NCBI RefSeq assembly: GCF_003918875.1
Contig: NW_025767151.1
Location: 744,001 to 808,000, forward strand
Reading direction: 5' to 3'
From: Haliotis rubra
Lineage: Eukaryota
Length of the DNA: 64,000 nucleotides
Shown here piece after piece: positions 36,547 to 48,708 of the stretch (positions within the stretch are counted from its first letter, which is position 1; the number at the start of each line of letters is the position of its first letter). The position numbers and the translations under genes are program-made. Below the pieces are notes generated by a model. It did no database searches and was not told the origin of the DNA. It worked only from the letters and a program-made list of their open reading frames with translations.

Positions 36547-38512
36547 ATGAGGTATGTCCAAGCGGTCACCTGTCTCCTGCTGTCAATCATTTCAGCGAGG
36601 GGCGTGGTTTCAGAATGTCTGATGACAGATGACGAGTGCGTATTTTACCTCACCATTGAGCACCGCCTGACCATGATGAAAGGTAACATGGCAGTTTTCT
36701 CTTCTGACCGGAAGTTGTACAAGTATGACGTCACAAACACTTCAGCAGCGACCCCTTTGGAACCGGAAGGAATAGTCCAAGCAGACGGCTATGAGCCACA
36801 GCGAGTTCTCACAGTGGTCAATGGTTCAATGCCCGGACCTGCTATCGAGGTGTATGAAGGTCAAACGGTGATCGTCCATGTTAAGAATCACCTCCACAAT
36901 GAGGGCTTATCAATCCACTGGCACGGCCTTCATCAAAAAGGTACCCCACACATGGACGGCGTGGCTTTCATAACACAATGTCCTATACTTCCGGGTCAGT
37001 CGTTCACCTACAAGTTCAAGGCCAAACCCAAGGGCACTTTCTGGTATCATTCACATCTGGGAAACCAGAGGACCAATGGAGTTCTGGGTGCACTGATCAT
37101 CAGAGAGAAGAAGCCACTAGCGATGGAGGAAATGATAATGGTGCTACAGGACTGGAACCACGATGACTCAAATTTGATACACTTAAAGTCGGTTCACGGG
37201 GGATTTGAAGACCGAAAAGAACTTCCAACAACAGATGCGCTCGATGGCTCCCACTTTAGCCGTTTTTTCATGAAAAGTGCTCTTATTAACGGCAAGGGTC
37301 GTCTCTATGATACAAACAATCGTCATAATGGCGCACCCCTCACTGTTTTCAATGTACGGCCAAACACACAGTACAGGTTCCGGGTGATCGGCGCCGGCCA
37401 TCTCTACCCGTTCCGGGTGTCCGTGCACGATCATGATCTGACAATCGTGGCGTCCGACGGGTATGACCTGCGTCCAGAAATCGCAGAATCCTTCATTATC
37501 AACCCCGGTGAGCGGATCGACTTCATCATCAACACCAACAACGCTGTGGACAACTACTGGATTCTGGCGCAGAGCATCGAAAAAGGCGTGGATCACAAAG
37601 CGGAAGCTATTCTCAGATACGAAGGAGCGCCTGATGCAGAACCAACTACATCAAGAAGAACATGCACAGCGGCTCTTCCATGTCGAGTTGTCAACAGCCC
37701 CTTCACCAACTTCCCTATAAGTAATACTAAAACAGTGAGGTTCGACGAGCTCAAATCTTTGCCTGATGACGATCCAGCTCCTCCGATAACTCCTGGCAAG
37801 TTCAAAGAACACTTCCTCAACTTTGGTTTTCCTGGCTATAGTCATTTTCCAGGTCAAGTGAATGGACATAAATTCAAGATGCCTGTCGTCTCAGCTCTGT
37901 CCCAGATTGACGAGGTTGACACATCATGCAGCAGAGAAGATTGTGGGTTCAACAAGACGTGTCATTGCACCTTCACACTTAACCTGAAGTACGGAGACAC
38001 CGTTCAGCTGGTGTTCCTCAACATGGGCAACGGATGGGGGTGGTCTCATCCTATTCATCTCCACGGCCATTCCTTCTACGTGCTCAAGATGGGCTATGCA
38101 ATACAAAATAGTTCCACGTATCAAGTCGCAGGCAGCAATCCGGATATAAGCTGTAACGGAGATCCTTTTTGTAATGCAGCTACATTTGCAAACTCTGCAT
38201 GGACGGGAGATAACATTCCGGGTCTGGAGCTGAAGAACCCCCCGCGGAAGGATACCATAATAGTGCCAACTGGTGGTTATGTGGTTGTGAGAATCCGCGC
38301 TGACAACCCTGGCGTGTGGTTCATGCATTGCCACATTGAGATGCACAACGCTGACGGGATGGCCATGATGATCAACGAAGCTCAGGACAAGCATCCTGCT
38401 CCGCCAGAGAACTGGCCTCGATGTTCGGAATTTGGTCCGGATGTGATATACAAGACGAAACCTAACGGATCAGAAAAGACCAACCATACTGCCAAGACAA
38501 GCACCAACCCAT
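36547..38512 (+). CDS. Laccase-like multicopper oxidase A, main exon (signal peptide + 3 cupredoxin domains)
   Basis: Signal peptide; Cu motifs HWHG, WYHSH, HPIHLHGH, HCHIEMHNADGM. Acceptor tgtag|G precedes the ATG; phase-1 donor CCAT|GTAAGT. Confidence 0.95.
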
Positions 38513-38749
38513 GTAAGTTCAGCTCACAATCCTGACTAAAGGATACACTTCCATAACACTGAGAAGGACCTGGTGTTGATTTTAGTTCTAACACTATTAG
38601 TATCAAAGTAAAAGGTTTTGGTTCTTCTCTCTTTTGTAGAACAGTGTTTATAGTTAAAGATGTGGCAGTTGGCAACAGATTATCTTAACTGCATCTTCAC
38701 CTCCGGTAGTTCTTGTACCTTAACTTAGGTTTAGTGATATAGTCAATGT

Positions 38750-39490
38750 TGTTTCAGCAAGACGTGTTCTGTTTTGCAGTTGTACCAACATGACATGCTC
38801 TGAGTTGTGTATCAGTATGATGTATTCGTTGCTCCAGTTGTGTATCAGCATGACGTATTCCTTGTTCCAGTTGTGTATAGGCATGACGTGTTCTATGTTT
38901 CAGTTGTGTATCAGCATGACGTGTTCCTTGTTCCTGTTGTGTATCAGCATGACGTGTTCTATGTTTCAGTTGTGTATCATCATGACGTGTTCTATGTTCC
39001 AGTTGTGTATCAGTATGACGTATTCCTTGCTCCAGTTGTGTATTAGCATGACGTATTCCTTGTTCCAGTTGTGTATCAGCATGACGTGTTCTATGTTCCA
39101 GTTGTGTATCAGCATGGCGTATTCCTTGTTCCAGTTGTGTATCAGTATGATGTATTCCTTGCTCCAGTTGTGTATCAGTATGACGTATTCCTTGTTCCAG
39201 TTGTGTATCAGCATGACGTGTTCTATGTTCCAGTTGTGTATCAGCATGACGTGTTCTATGTTCCAGTTGTGTAGCAGTATGACGTATTCTTTGTTCCAGC
39301 TGTGTATCAGCATGACGTGTTCTGTGTTTCAGTTGTGTATCAGTATGACGTGTTCCTTGTTCCAGTTGTGTATCAGTATGACGTGTTCTGTGTTTCAGTT
39401 GTGTATCAGTATGACGTATTCCTTGTTCCAGTTGTGTATCAGTATGACGTATTCTGTGTTTCAGTGGTTGTCCAGCATGACGTGTTCTGG
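38750..39490 (+). repeat. 33-bp minisatellite (~22 units) made of the amplified splice-acceptor/exon-start junction
   Basis: Unit ~tgttccag|ttgtgtatcagcatgacgtattcct. The last unit runs into the TM exon. Confidence 0.92.
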
Positions 39491-39679
39491 AGTGTGGTTG
39501 GCTGTCTGATCGGGGTGTGCGCCATACAGTTCGCCATCCTGCTGTACCTGTGCTGCCGGCCACAGGGATCTAACCGGAAGACGTCCAACATACAGAATAC
39601 ACCTGACCCGAAACTGAACCATGCTTTTGAAAATGTTGAGGTGGAACTGAAGGGTAAACACTATGTTGACAGAATGTAA
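39465..39679 (+). CDS. Laccase A terminal exon: TM helix and cytoplasmic tail
   Basis: Phase-1 acceptor tgtttcag|. VVQHDVFWSVVGCLIGVCAIQFAILLYLCCR...NHAFENVEVE...*. Homologous to the terminal exon of gene B. Confidence 0.8.
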
Positions 39680-40317
39680 ATATCTATTCAATGCTGAATG
39701 AATATTTACGCTTCGCTGAATTCAATGAAATGATTTTTAAGCATGTTTACATTGTATCTTAAAAAATCAAATCCAATTGAATTAATGACGGAATACCTGA
39801 AGGAAATATTTATAAGGATGAAGCGGGAGTCGGTCAATAGCAGTGCTGTAAATGAAGATTGTATTGCACTCGTATTTAAGGCACAATGTGACACCAAACT
39901 TTTCTAGAAATAAATACACTGTAATGCATTTCTCCAAATAATGCTTACTATCAGCCCTCAGGGAAGCTACCATTTATTACAAAAACGATTACGTATTTAC
40001 ATTACAATATTATATTGAAAAGTTCGAATGAATTAATGCAACGTAGAATTAATTCGACTCTCGCGCCCTCTACCGGCCGAACATTATTTCAAGCGAACCC
40101 CATAGAGTTCTGTCCCTTGGAGCGCTCTTCACGAATATCCTGTAACTACTTTGGACAAAGACACAAGTTCAACAAACACCCACAACACCGCGTGCGACAG
40201 TTTTCGATGTATGGAGCAATTGTTTACATTCCATATATGGCTAGTGTTCTCAGTTTGGAAGCTCTTCGCCTCGAAGTTTCAGTTATCGATTTCAGGCAAG
40301 TCAGGCATTGCATCAAA

Positions 40318-40478
40318 GGGGGCTGTCGGGTAGCCTAGTGGTTAGAGCCTTCGCTCGTCACGCCGAAGACCCAGGTTCGATTCCCCACATGGGTACAATG
40401 TGTGAAGCCCATTTCTGGTGTCCGCTGCCGTGATATTGCTGGAATATAGCTAAAAGCGGCGTAAAAACATACTCACTC
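40318..40478 (+). mobile_element. SINE family A
   Basis: Full length, TSD attgcatcaa. Further copies at 41083-41225(+), 41668-41809(-), 51668-51827(+), 55790-55915(-) and 60735-60870(-). Confidence 0.9.
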
Positions 40479-42289
40479 CCTATTGCATCAACAGGAAGCT
40501 AAAGTGAATGCATATGCCCCAACATGTATAATATAGGCCAAAATATCGTCGAAAATGTGTGACATAGTGCCTTTAAAGAGTGTGGTTTACCTATACCTGA
40601 ACCCTGGCTGAGCCCAGTGTTGCCAACAACCATGAGATATCACTGGCTCATTGCAGCATTTCCTCACCTGGTCCTGGCACACGTCACAACAACGAAACCG
40701 GCCTGAGAGGATCAGAGCAACATTTTGCCCAGATGTTCCTCCTCTCGGCGTCACGTACTAACAATTGGACCGGCCTGTCTGTGCCTTTGCAGCGTTTACC
40801 AAATTAGTCCATTAGTCTATTAGTCCATACCAGTAATGTGACCGACAGTTCCTATGCGCCGGGTCACACTGTTTTCGCTGAAAATATTATTCATATGAGA
40901 AAATATGCCAGACTCTGACCGCTTAAGAAATATTGTTGGAAAAATGTTAATTGGTCATTACTTGATTTAACTGTATGAAAATCACTTCCTTTCATTAAAT
41001 CATTTTTGCAGTACACATGATTCCTGTTTTATATTTGCTCCATGGATCATGGCAACTATTGCCATGGCAACACTGTTATCTCAGGGGCGGTGAGATAGCC
41101 TAGTGGTATAGGCGTTCGTCGACACGTCGAGGGCCCGGGTTCGATTCCCCACATTTCTGGCGTCCCCCGCCGTGATATTGCTGGAATATTGTAAAAGTGG
41201 CGTAAAACTAAACTCACTGACTCACTGTTATCTCAACTATGTGTGTGGTCAGCCTGAGCCTCAACAACGTGAAGCGGTGCGGAGTTGTCTCCCTTCTATA
41301 CATAAGTTCCGCCACCGAGGTTCAAGGATCATTTAGGATGGGGTTCGACGGAACGACCTTTGACCTGAAAGGGTTTTACCGTGTATAACTTTGATCCCCA
41401 GCATTTAGCATTTGTCACGAGAGGTGACAACGACATAGATCCAGTGACTCACACCATAAGATAGGAATCGCTATGAAATAATAGTGACACCAGGTATTCG
41501 CCAACATGAGGATATCGTGCCCCACCAAAGGCTGGTGAACTGTTCACCTGAAAACATGTATGGTAAATTGAAAATAGGGAATTGTATCGGACATCATTTT
41601 CAGTCATTGAAGCATCAAATTTTGAAATGTCCCCTCATGTCTATTATAAAACTTGATCGACATGAAAGTGAGTGAGTGAGTTTGGTTTTACGCCGCTTTT
41701 AGCAATATTCCAGCAATATCACGGCGGGGGACACCAGAAATGGGCTTCACACATTGTACCCATGTGAGGAATCGAACCCGGGTCTTCGGCCGGGTCTTCC
41801 CACCGCCCCTAGACATGAAAGGAAAGTTGACTACTGGAAATTAAAATCATCCCTTTTGTCATACAACCTTGTGGGGAGGTTTTATCAGTCTGAATCTGTA
41901 TGTACAGATACAAATATGAAACAGTTGTCTCCTGACTTTCAAGTTGAGATGGGTAAATCAGTGGAAGGAATTTTGTGAAAAGGTTTTTCATGATGTGCAC
42001 GTGAAACGTCGGCATTTACAGGATAATGTGTCAGTATCTCGCTGTACATTCCAGTGATAATAACCAGACTGAGAGTCGTGCTGAAACTGTTTTAAACTCA
42101 CGTGTTTAATCGTATAAATAATCCGAGCTCCAGGATGATATAATTCGTTCATCTGAGTCATGTAACGTTCGCTCGTTGCAACATAAAATCAGTTACCGTG
42201 TCGTCTATGTTGGGTTACGTACGCTTCACGAGACTGACGCCACACCACACATTCAGATCAACTGGGCGTAAACTGGTATCATCCTGGTT

Positions 42290-42485
42290 NNNNNNNNNNN
42301 NNNNNNNNNNNNNNNNNNNNNNNNNNNNNNNNNNNNNNNNNNNNNNNNNNNNNNNNNNNNNNNNNNNNNNNNNNNNNNNNNNNNNNNNNNNNNNNNNNNN
42401 NNNNNNNNNNNNNNNNNNNNNNNNNNNNNNNNNNNNNNNNNNNNNNNNNNNNNNNNNNNNNNNNNNNNNNNNNNNNNNNNNNNNN
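42290..42485. other. Assembly gap between the two laccase genes
   Basis: Run of N. Confidence 0.99.
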
Positions 42486-42594
42486 TGGGTGCCCGGTAGG
42501 ATGTGTGCAGTTCATTCATTTGTTCATGAAGTCGTAACCACCCAGAGAGCTGTGGTTCTGAGCCTGCTTTGTCTTCTGTAGAATAAACACTTAA

Positions 42595-43380
42595 AGCCCC
42601 GTTCACATGCACCTGTTTGCACACTTATGTATAATACACACACGAGCAAACTTTACATACGTGTGTACATATGTCATGTGAACGCATTTCCACACGTATG
42701 TAAATATACACTAGGAGCAAATGTACATGTGGTCAGACCCAGGTGCACTGTGAGTAAATTGTGTCATGTCATCTTCATTTAGGGCAAAAGTTACATATTC
42801 CGGAAGCAAAACATCACATATGGTCTGACAAACTTCATGAATACATTTTCAAACAGTGGACTTCCCTACACTAAACAAATGTGCCACAGTTCTATATTCT
42901 GAAGTTGAAGCCATAAAGTATATTGCGCTTGCAACTTTCATTCATACATCCAAACAGATTGGTCACTAGCTTTTAAGTAATCCTGCAGTTGTGTGCAGAT
43001 AAGATCGAAAATACCTTTGTTAATTCGAAAATCATCGTACCAGTATTTGTCGTCATTAGATTTATTTATGTCGTTCCACCAAAAGACTGTCTTTCTTTAT
43101 TCCAGAGAGGTCTATCTTGTGACAGACCTATTGCAAGAGCAGTACATATCTGATACTGCGTGTGTCTTCTTAAGCGCCGATGATAAGAGAACACCTTTCT
43201 CTGTTGAAGTTCACACAAAAAACTGAGACAATTTGATACATGTATTTTTACACTTTCAAGTTTACTCACTCTACATAAATTCAATGTGAACGCAAAGTAA
43301 ATTTACTATCACACACGTATGTATTTTACACATATGCAAATTTACTTACATGAGTAAATTGTGTGCATGTGAATGGGACT
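42595..43380. mobile_element. PIF/Harbinger-like non-autonomous TIR element
   Basis: Ends agccccgttcacatgcac / gtgcatgtgaatgggact, flanked by TAA and TTA. Confidence 0.6.
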
Positions 43381-43785
43381 TTACTCCAAGTGTAGACTTC
43401 GTGAAGTGACACATTCGTGAAAGTGAAAGATAGCAGCACGTTTGAATATGCCTGTATTTGACTCTACTAAATGCACGTGGGAGGAATGGGGCGAAACTTT
43501 AGGACATTCGTTAGTGGCCGCCGGCACCACGAACCCCAACAAACGAAGAAGTGTTTTGTTGTCTTTTGTGGAATGAAAACACATCAGCAAGTACGAGCTA
43601 AATGTAAGCCTGAATCGCAATAGATAAGTGTAGTGAAGAACTGACGAACATTTTAAAGGACCACATGTGGCGTCGGAAAATGTACAAGTTTCAGTTGCGC
43701 TCAAGACGAATGAGAGAAAGCGTTTCTGTCGGAACCAAAAACAAACACTGTATATTATAAAACGATGTCTTTATTAATGTAAACA

Positions 43786-44093
43786 TAAGATCCGTTCATA
43801 ATTTATGGCTAGGATGGTGATTTTTATGGAGAAGCATGTACAATGTGAGTGAACCCCTTAAATTGATGTACAAAGTAAGTGCCCCCCCCCCACCGCATGT
43901 CACGTAAAAAATCAATGACCCCCCATATAGTTTTTAAGCAAATATTTTTTTAACATTTCTATGTACAAAATTGCTGAGACCCCGCCCCCACTTGTACATG
44001 TGTACAAAATTGATGACCCCACTTAAAATCACCCCCCCACACACACACACACACCACACCCCACGCCCACCCATATATTATGAACGGTCCCTA
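43786..44093. mobile_element. TIR MITE
   Basis: taagatccgttcataatttatgg ... ccatatattatgaacggtcccta. Confidence 0.55.
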
Positions 44094-44414
44094 AATCTAG
44101 AGACATCCAGTGATACATGGTGTATATAGTGAGTTAGTGAGTGAGTCTGCTGAGTCAGCTGGAGGGAAGATGAATGTCCTAAATGATGCAGGTCCTAGAC
44201 GTGTATTTCTTGTGTCAGACCCACGAACATGGTATGGTGGTGACAAATTCTACAAACAAAATCCGGACAAATCAGATTCAAACCTATGATTATAGATTCC
44301 TGGCACGATTAAGGGCACGACTCGACTACTGAGCCACGCGTGTCCTTACCCTTACATGAGATGCAACATTGACACCGCTTGGCATGTGCAGGTTCACATC
44401 GGAATATTACAGGG

Positions 44415-44580
44415 AGTGAGTGAAAGAGTATGTGTTTACGCCGCTTTTAGCATTACTCCAGCAATATCACGGCGGGGACACCAGAAATGGGCTTCACACA
44501 TTGTACCCATGTGGGGAATCGAACCTCGACCTTCAGCGTGACGACCGGACGCTTTAACCATTAGGCTACCCCACCGCCCC
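44415..44580 (-). mobile_element. SINE family A
   Basis: Full length, TSD ggaatattacag. Confidence 0.9.
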
Positions 44581-45750
44581 GGAATATTACAGAAGTTTGT
44601 CGTGTACCGTATGTTGCTGACAACCTTGCAACATATTCACTTGTCGGGTACATGTCGGGTACATCTCGGGTATGCGTATGTGTAACATTCACATGTACTT
44701 GTCGTGATTCACGTATATATGCACGAGCAAACATGACAATCTAACACTGTACAGAACAAACCTGAAACACATAACAATGCATATTGATACACAGAACAAT
44801 ATGAACAATATGAAAAATATACACTTTAAAATCAGCACTCGCCAAAACAACAGGTAAAACGTATGATAATTGGTTATTACTTTGTTAATATATATTCGGC
44901 CGAGTATATAGCTAACAATTAAAGTTTCATATAGGATATATGTCTCATAATGAATGAACGACAACGGCTTGATTAGACAATCATAGGAAACATCGTTCCT
45001 GCAACAGTGAACGGAATATCGACAGTACCTCAAAAATGATGCTATAGTTTACTTACAAACTATGAAATTCGGTAAATGTAAATTTATCAGTCATCCTGCC
45101 AACGGATTGAATGTACTGCCATGGCATAGTTCTATGACAGAGAGCGGAGGTGTTCTTGAATTAATTCTTTGTTTGAAAGAAAAACACTTCGTGCCACTAA
45201 CAGAACAAAACTGGGCATGCTCCCGTTACAGTAATAACATAGTTTTGATTATTCTCACCCTGAACACAAATTGCTTGGTTTAAGTGAATGACCGAAACTC
45301 TTACTTGACTAACGAAATTACACTGTCCAAAACAGAGCGGGGACTAAAGAAAGTGTAGTGAGATCTTGTTTTATGTATTTGAAAGTTGAATATGCTTATT
45401 GATGACCCCAAATGTATCGATTTAAAATATGATGTCACAGATACCCATCCGTAGTTTGGTATCATGATTTCCCCACCATTTATAAAGGTTTTCAATGAAA
45501 CGCATTTTTGATTGCTGACTATGCGCAAATACAGTACATATTTTGGATATCCCTGACTTAGTAAATTTTCAATTTAAAATCGGACATGTGTTAAAATCTA
45601 CAGGGTAGAAAAGTTTCCTCTACTCATCAGTGTACGACATGACCTAACAACTTTATACTTTATGTTTTACTTTCGGGTAAGCTGCGTCAGAAGGGAACAT
45701 GATCTGGTGATTTCGTGGATTACCAATTCCTGAATTCCTGACGTTCACTG

Positions 45751-45935
45751 TTAATACTTTTGGAATGCTTTGTTCTCCTGTGGGTTTGAGGTATATGTTG
45801 ACTCCATGTTGTATTTCTCCCGACCGGACCCCTCGCATCGCCGGCAGCATATACACAAAAGGATGATGAACTGGAGGGCACAGATCCCGAGCAGACAGCC
45901 AACCACGGTCCAGAACACGTCATGCTGGTACACCA
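45751..45935 (-). CDS. Laccase B terminal exon: TM helix and cytoplasmic tail
   Basis: Phase-1 acceptor tgtgtttcag|. VYQHDVFWTVVGCLLGICALQFIILLCICCRR...ENKAFQKY*. Confidence 0.82.
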
Positions 45936-45961
45936 CTGAAACACAGAACATGTCATTGTGG

Positions 45962-46090
45962 TGAGTGAGTGAGTGAGTTTAGTTTTACGCCGCACTCAGC
46001 AATATTCCAGCTATATGGCGGCGGTCTGTAAATAATCGAGTCTGGGCCAGACAATCCAGTGATCAACAGCATGAGCATCGATCTGCGCAA
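45962..46090 (-). mobile_element. 5'-truncated SINE family B in the last intron of laccase B
   Basis: TSD accacaatgac (minus strand), (CTCA)n tail. Confidence 0.85.
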
Positions 46091-46345
46091 GTCATTGTGG
46101 TACATAACTGAAACACAGGTACTGCTTGGCAGCGGTACAAGAATCTGTATGGAAACGTCGCACTCACGAAATCATAATGTTGTCTCCCATAACGTTGGTC
46201 AATATTGTACCTCCCACCTTCTAAGATGCCACTCAAAGAAACCTCACATCCTCGGTCCTCTTGTACATTTCCGTCTAAGAAGACATACTGAATTGTTCCA
46301 CTACTGTTTTTAATTTATTTTTTAAAAGATTTTAGAAATACTTAC

Positions 46346-48308
46346 TTTTATTTTCTTCCTTGTTTTCCTTCTCTTTTTCGTCTTTTTTATTGTGGTTGTT
46401 GTACGTAATTTTAGGTCCGAAATTCCCGCATTTCGGGAAGTCATCCGGTGGTGCAGGATGCTTGTCCTGAGCTTCGTTGATCATCATGGCCATCCCGTCA
46501 GCACTGTGCAATTCAATGTGGCAATGCATGAACCACACGCCAGGGTTGTTAGCTCGGATTCTCACAACCGCATAACCACCAGTTGGAACTATAATGGTAT
46601 CCTTCCGCGGGGGGTTCTTCAGCTCCAGACCCGGAATGTTATCCCCCGTCCACGACGCGTTTGCCCACGTTGCCGAATTACAGAAGTTGTGGCTGATGTT
46701 GTGACAATCAATATCCATGTTATCGCCTATGATCTTTCCGGTGGAGGCGTTGTATTGTGCATAGCCCATCTTCAACACGTAGAAGGAATGGCCATGAAGA
46801 TGAACTGGATGAGACCAACCCTTCCCGTTGCCCATGTTGAGGAGGACCATCTGAATAGTGTCTCCGTATGTCAGATCCACCTTGTAGGTGCAGTGGCACG
46901 TCTTTTCGTCGCCACAGTCTGCCTTGTCACAGGTTGTGTGAATCTCATCCAGCTGGGTCAGAGCAGAAACAGTTGGCATCGTGAAGGCCCGGCCGTTCAC
47001 CTGACCCGGATATAGTGTTAGACCAGGGAAGGCGTAGTTGAAGAAATGCTCCTTGAACTTCCCAGCTGTCACTGGAGGAGCAGGATCTTCAGTCAAAGAT
47101 CTAAGCTGGTCGAACCGGAGGCACTCTGTGTGCGGTAGCGGGTAGTATGTGAAGGGGCAGTTGATGACACGACATGGACTGGAAGCTGAGCATGTTCTTC
47201 TGAAAGTAGTTGGTTCTGTTTCAGCAGCGCCTTCGTATCTGAAGATGGCTTCAGCCTTGTGGTCCACGCCTTCCTCGAGAGTCTGCGCCACAATCCAGTA
47301 GTTGTCGACTGTGTTGGTGGTGTTGATAATGAAGTCCATCCTCTCACCGGGGTTGATGACGAAGGACTCCGCAACTTCTGGACGCAGGTCATACCCGTCG
47401 GACGCCACGATTGTCAGTTCATGACCATGCACGGACACCCTGAATGGGAAGAGGTTTCCAGCGGCGATCACCCGGACCCTGTACTGCATGTTTGGTTTTA
47501 CATCGAAGGTAGTAAGCGGGGCTCCATTGTGCTTTCCGGCTTTATCATATAGTCGACCCTTTCCGTTTATCAGCCCGCTCAACATTGTGTATCGGCTAAA
47601 ATGGGAGCCGTCAAGGGAATCCGTTGTTGGAACTTTTTGTCTGTTTTCAAATGATCCGTACATCATTTTCAGAAGGACGGTCATCGAATCCTCGTGGTTC
47701 CAGTCCTGTAGCACCATTACCATTTCCTCCATCACTGGAGGCTTCTTCTCTCTGATGATCAGCGCACCCAGAAGCCCCATGGTCCTCTGGTTTCCCATAT
47801 GTGAATGATACCAGAAAGTGCCCTTGGGTTTGGCTTTGAACTTGTAGGTGAACTCTTGACCCGGAAGTATAGGACATTGCGTTATGAAGGCCACGCCGTC
47901 CATGTGTGGGGTACCTTGTTGGTGAAGACCGTGCCAGTGGATTGATAAGCCCTCATTGTGGAGGTGATTCTTAACATGGACGACAACAGTTTGACCTTCA
48001 TACACCTCGATAGCAGGTCCGGGCATGGAGCCATTGGCCACCGTGACAACTCGCTGTGTTTCGAAGCCGTCGGCCTGGATGACCCCAAGTGGTGACTCTG
48101 GCGCAGAGGCTGACGTATTGACGACGTTGTACTTATACAGGTTCCCTCCCTCGGGGAAAACGGCCTCGGACCCTTTCATCATTGTCATACGTTGGTCAAT
48201 GATTAGATAGAATTCACACTCTTCATCGGTCATCTTGCACTCTGAGGCCACGCCCCTCGCTGAGATGATTGACAGGAGAAGGCAAGACACTGTACGGAGC
48301 CACAACAT
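46346..48308 (-). CDS. Laccase-like multicopper oxidase B, main exon
   Basis: Signal peptide; HWHG, WYHSH, HPVHLHGH, HCHIELHSADGM. Acceptor tgcag|G precedes the ATG; phase-1 donor A|GTAAGT. Confidence 0.95.
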
Positions 48309-48355
48309 CCTGCAATAGATAAAGGATGTTCTGTGAGAATGCTAATGAAATCATT

Positions 48356-48708
48356 GAGGTGAGGTGAAATTGGGTTTAACGTCGTGCTTGAGAATATTTC
48401 GCTCATATGACGACGTGCATGCGTGTGTATGTGTATGTGCGACTGCTTGTACGAGCCCAGACTTAAGCTGGTTTTATAGTGCTAGCCCACGGAGATACCA
48501 TGCCGCAGTGAAGCATGAATACCCCACTCAGACACATTATACTGACTCTGAGCCGACCAGTCCTTGTTGTACCCATTAATGCCGAGCGCCAGACAGGGAC
48601 CAACAAGTACCATGTTTAAACGTCTTTTGGTATGACGCAGTCGGGGATCGAACCCGCAACCTTCCGCTCTCCGGGCGGACGCTCTAACCACTACACCACG
48701 GAGGCGGT
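48356..48708 (-). mobile_element. tRNA-derived SINE family C (~350 bp; central cataccaaaagac...ctggcgctcggcatt resembles the Meta/MESC domain, from memory)
   Basis: tRNA head, (CTCAC)n tail, TSD taatgaaa(t/c)catt. Confidence 0.85.

Noticed and set aside
38513-38535. Laccase ORF ends as given in the ORF track (CKFSSQS*, SKYF*)
   Set aside because: Both paralogs have a GTAAGT donor at the equivalent phase-1 position and a matching downstream TM exon, so these ends are intron read-through. Intron-retained isoforms are not excluded.
38750-39490. CRISPR-like array, or the long ORFs 38754-39563(-) and 38790-39509(+)
   Set aside because: There are no unique spacers and the context is eukaryotic. 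The frames stay open only because the unit is 33 bp.
46392-47808. + strand ORFs overlapping laccase B (and - strand ORFs over laccase A)
   Set aside because: Antisense shadows of real coding exons.
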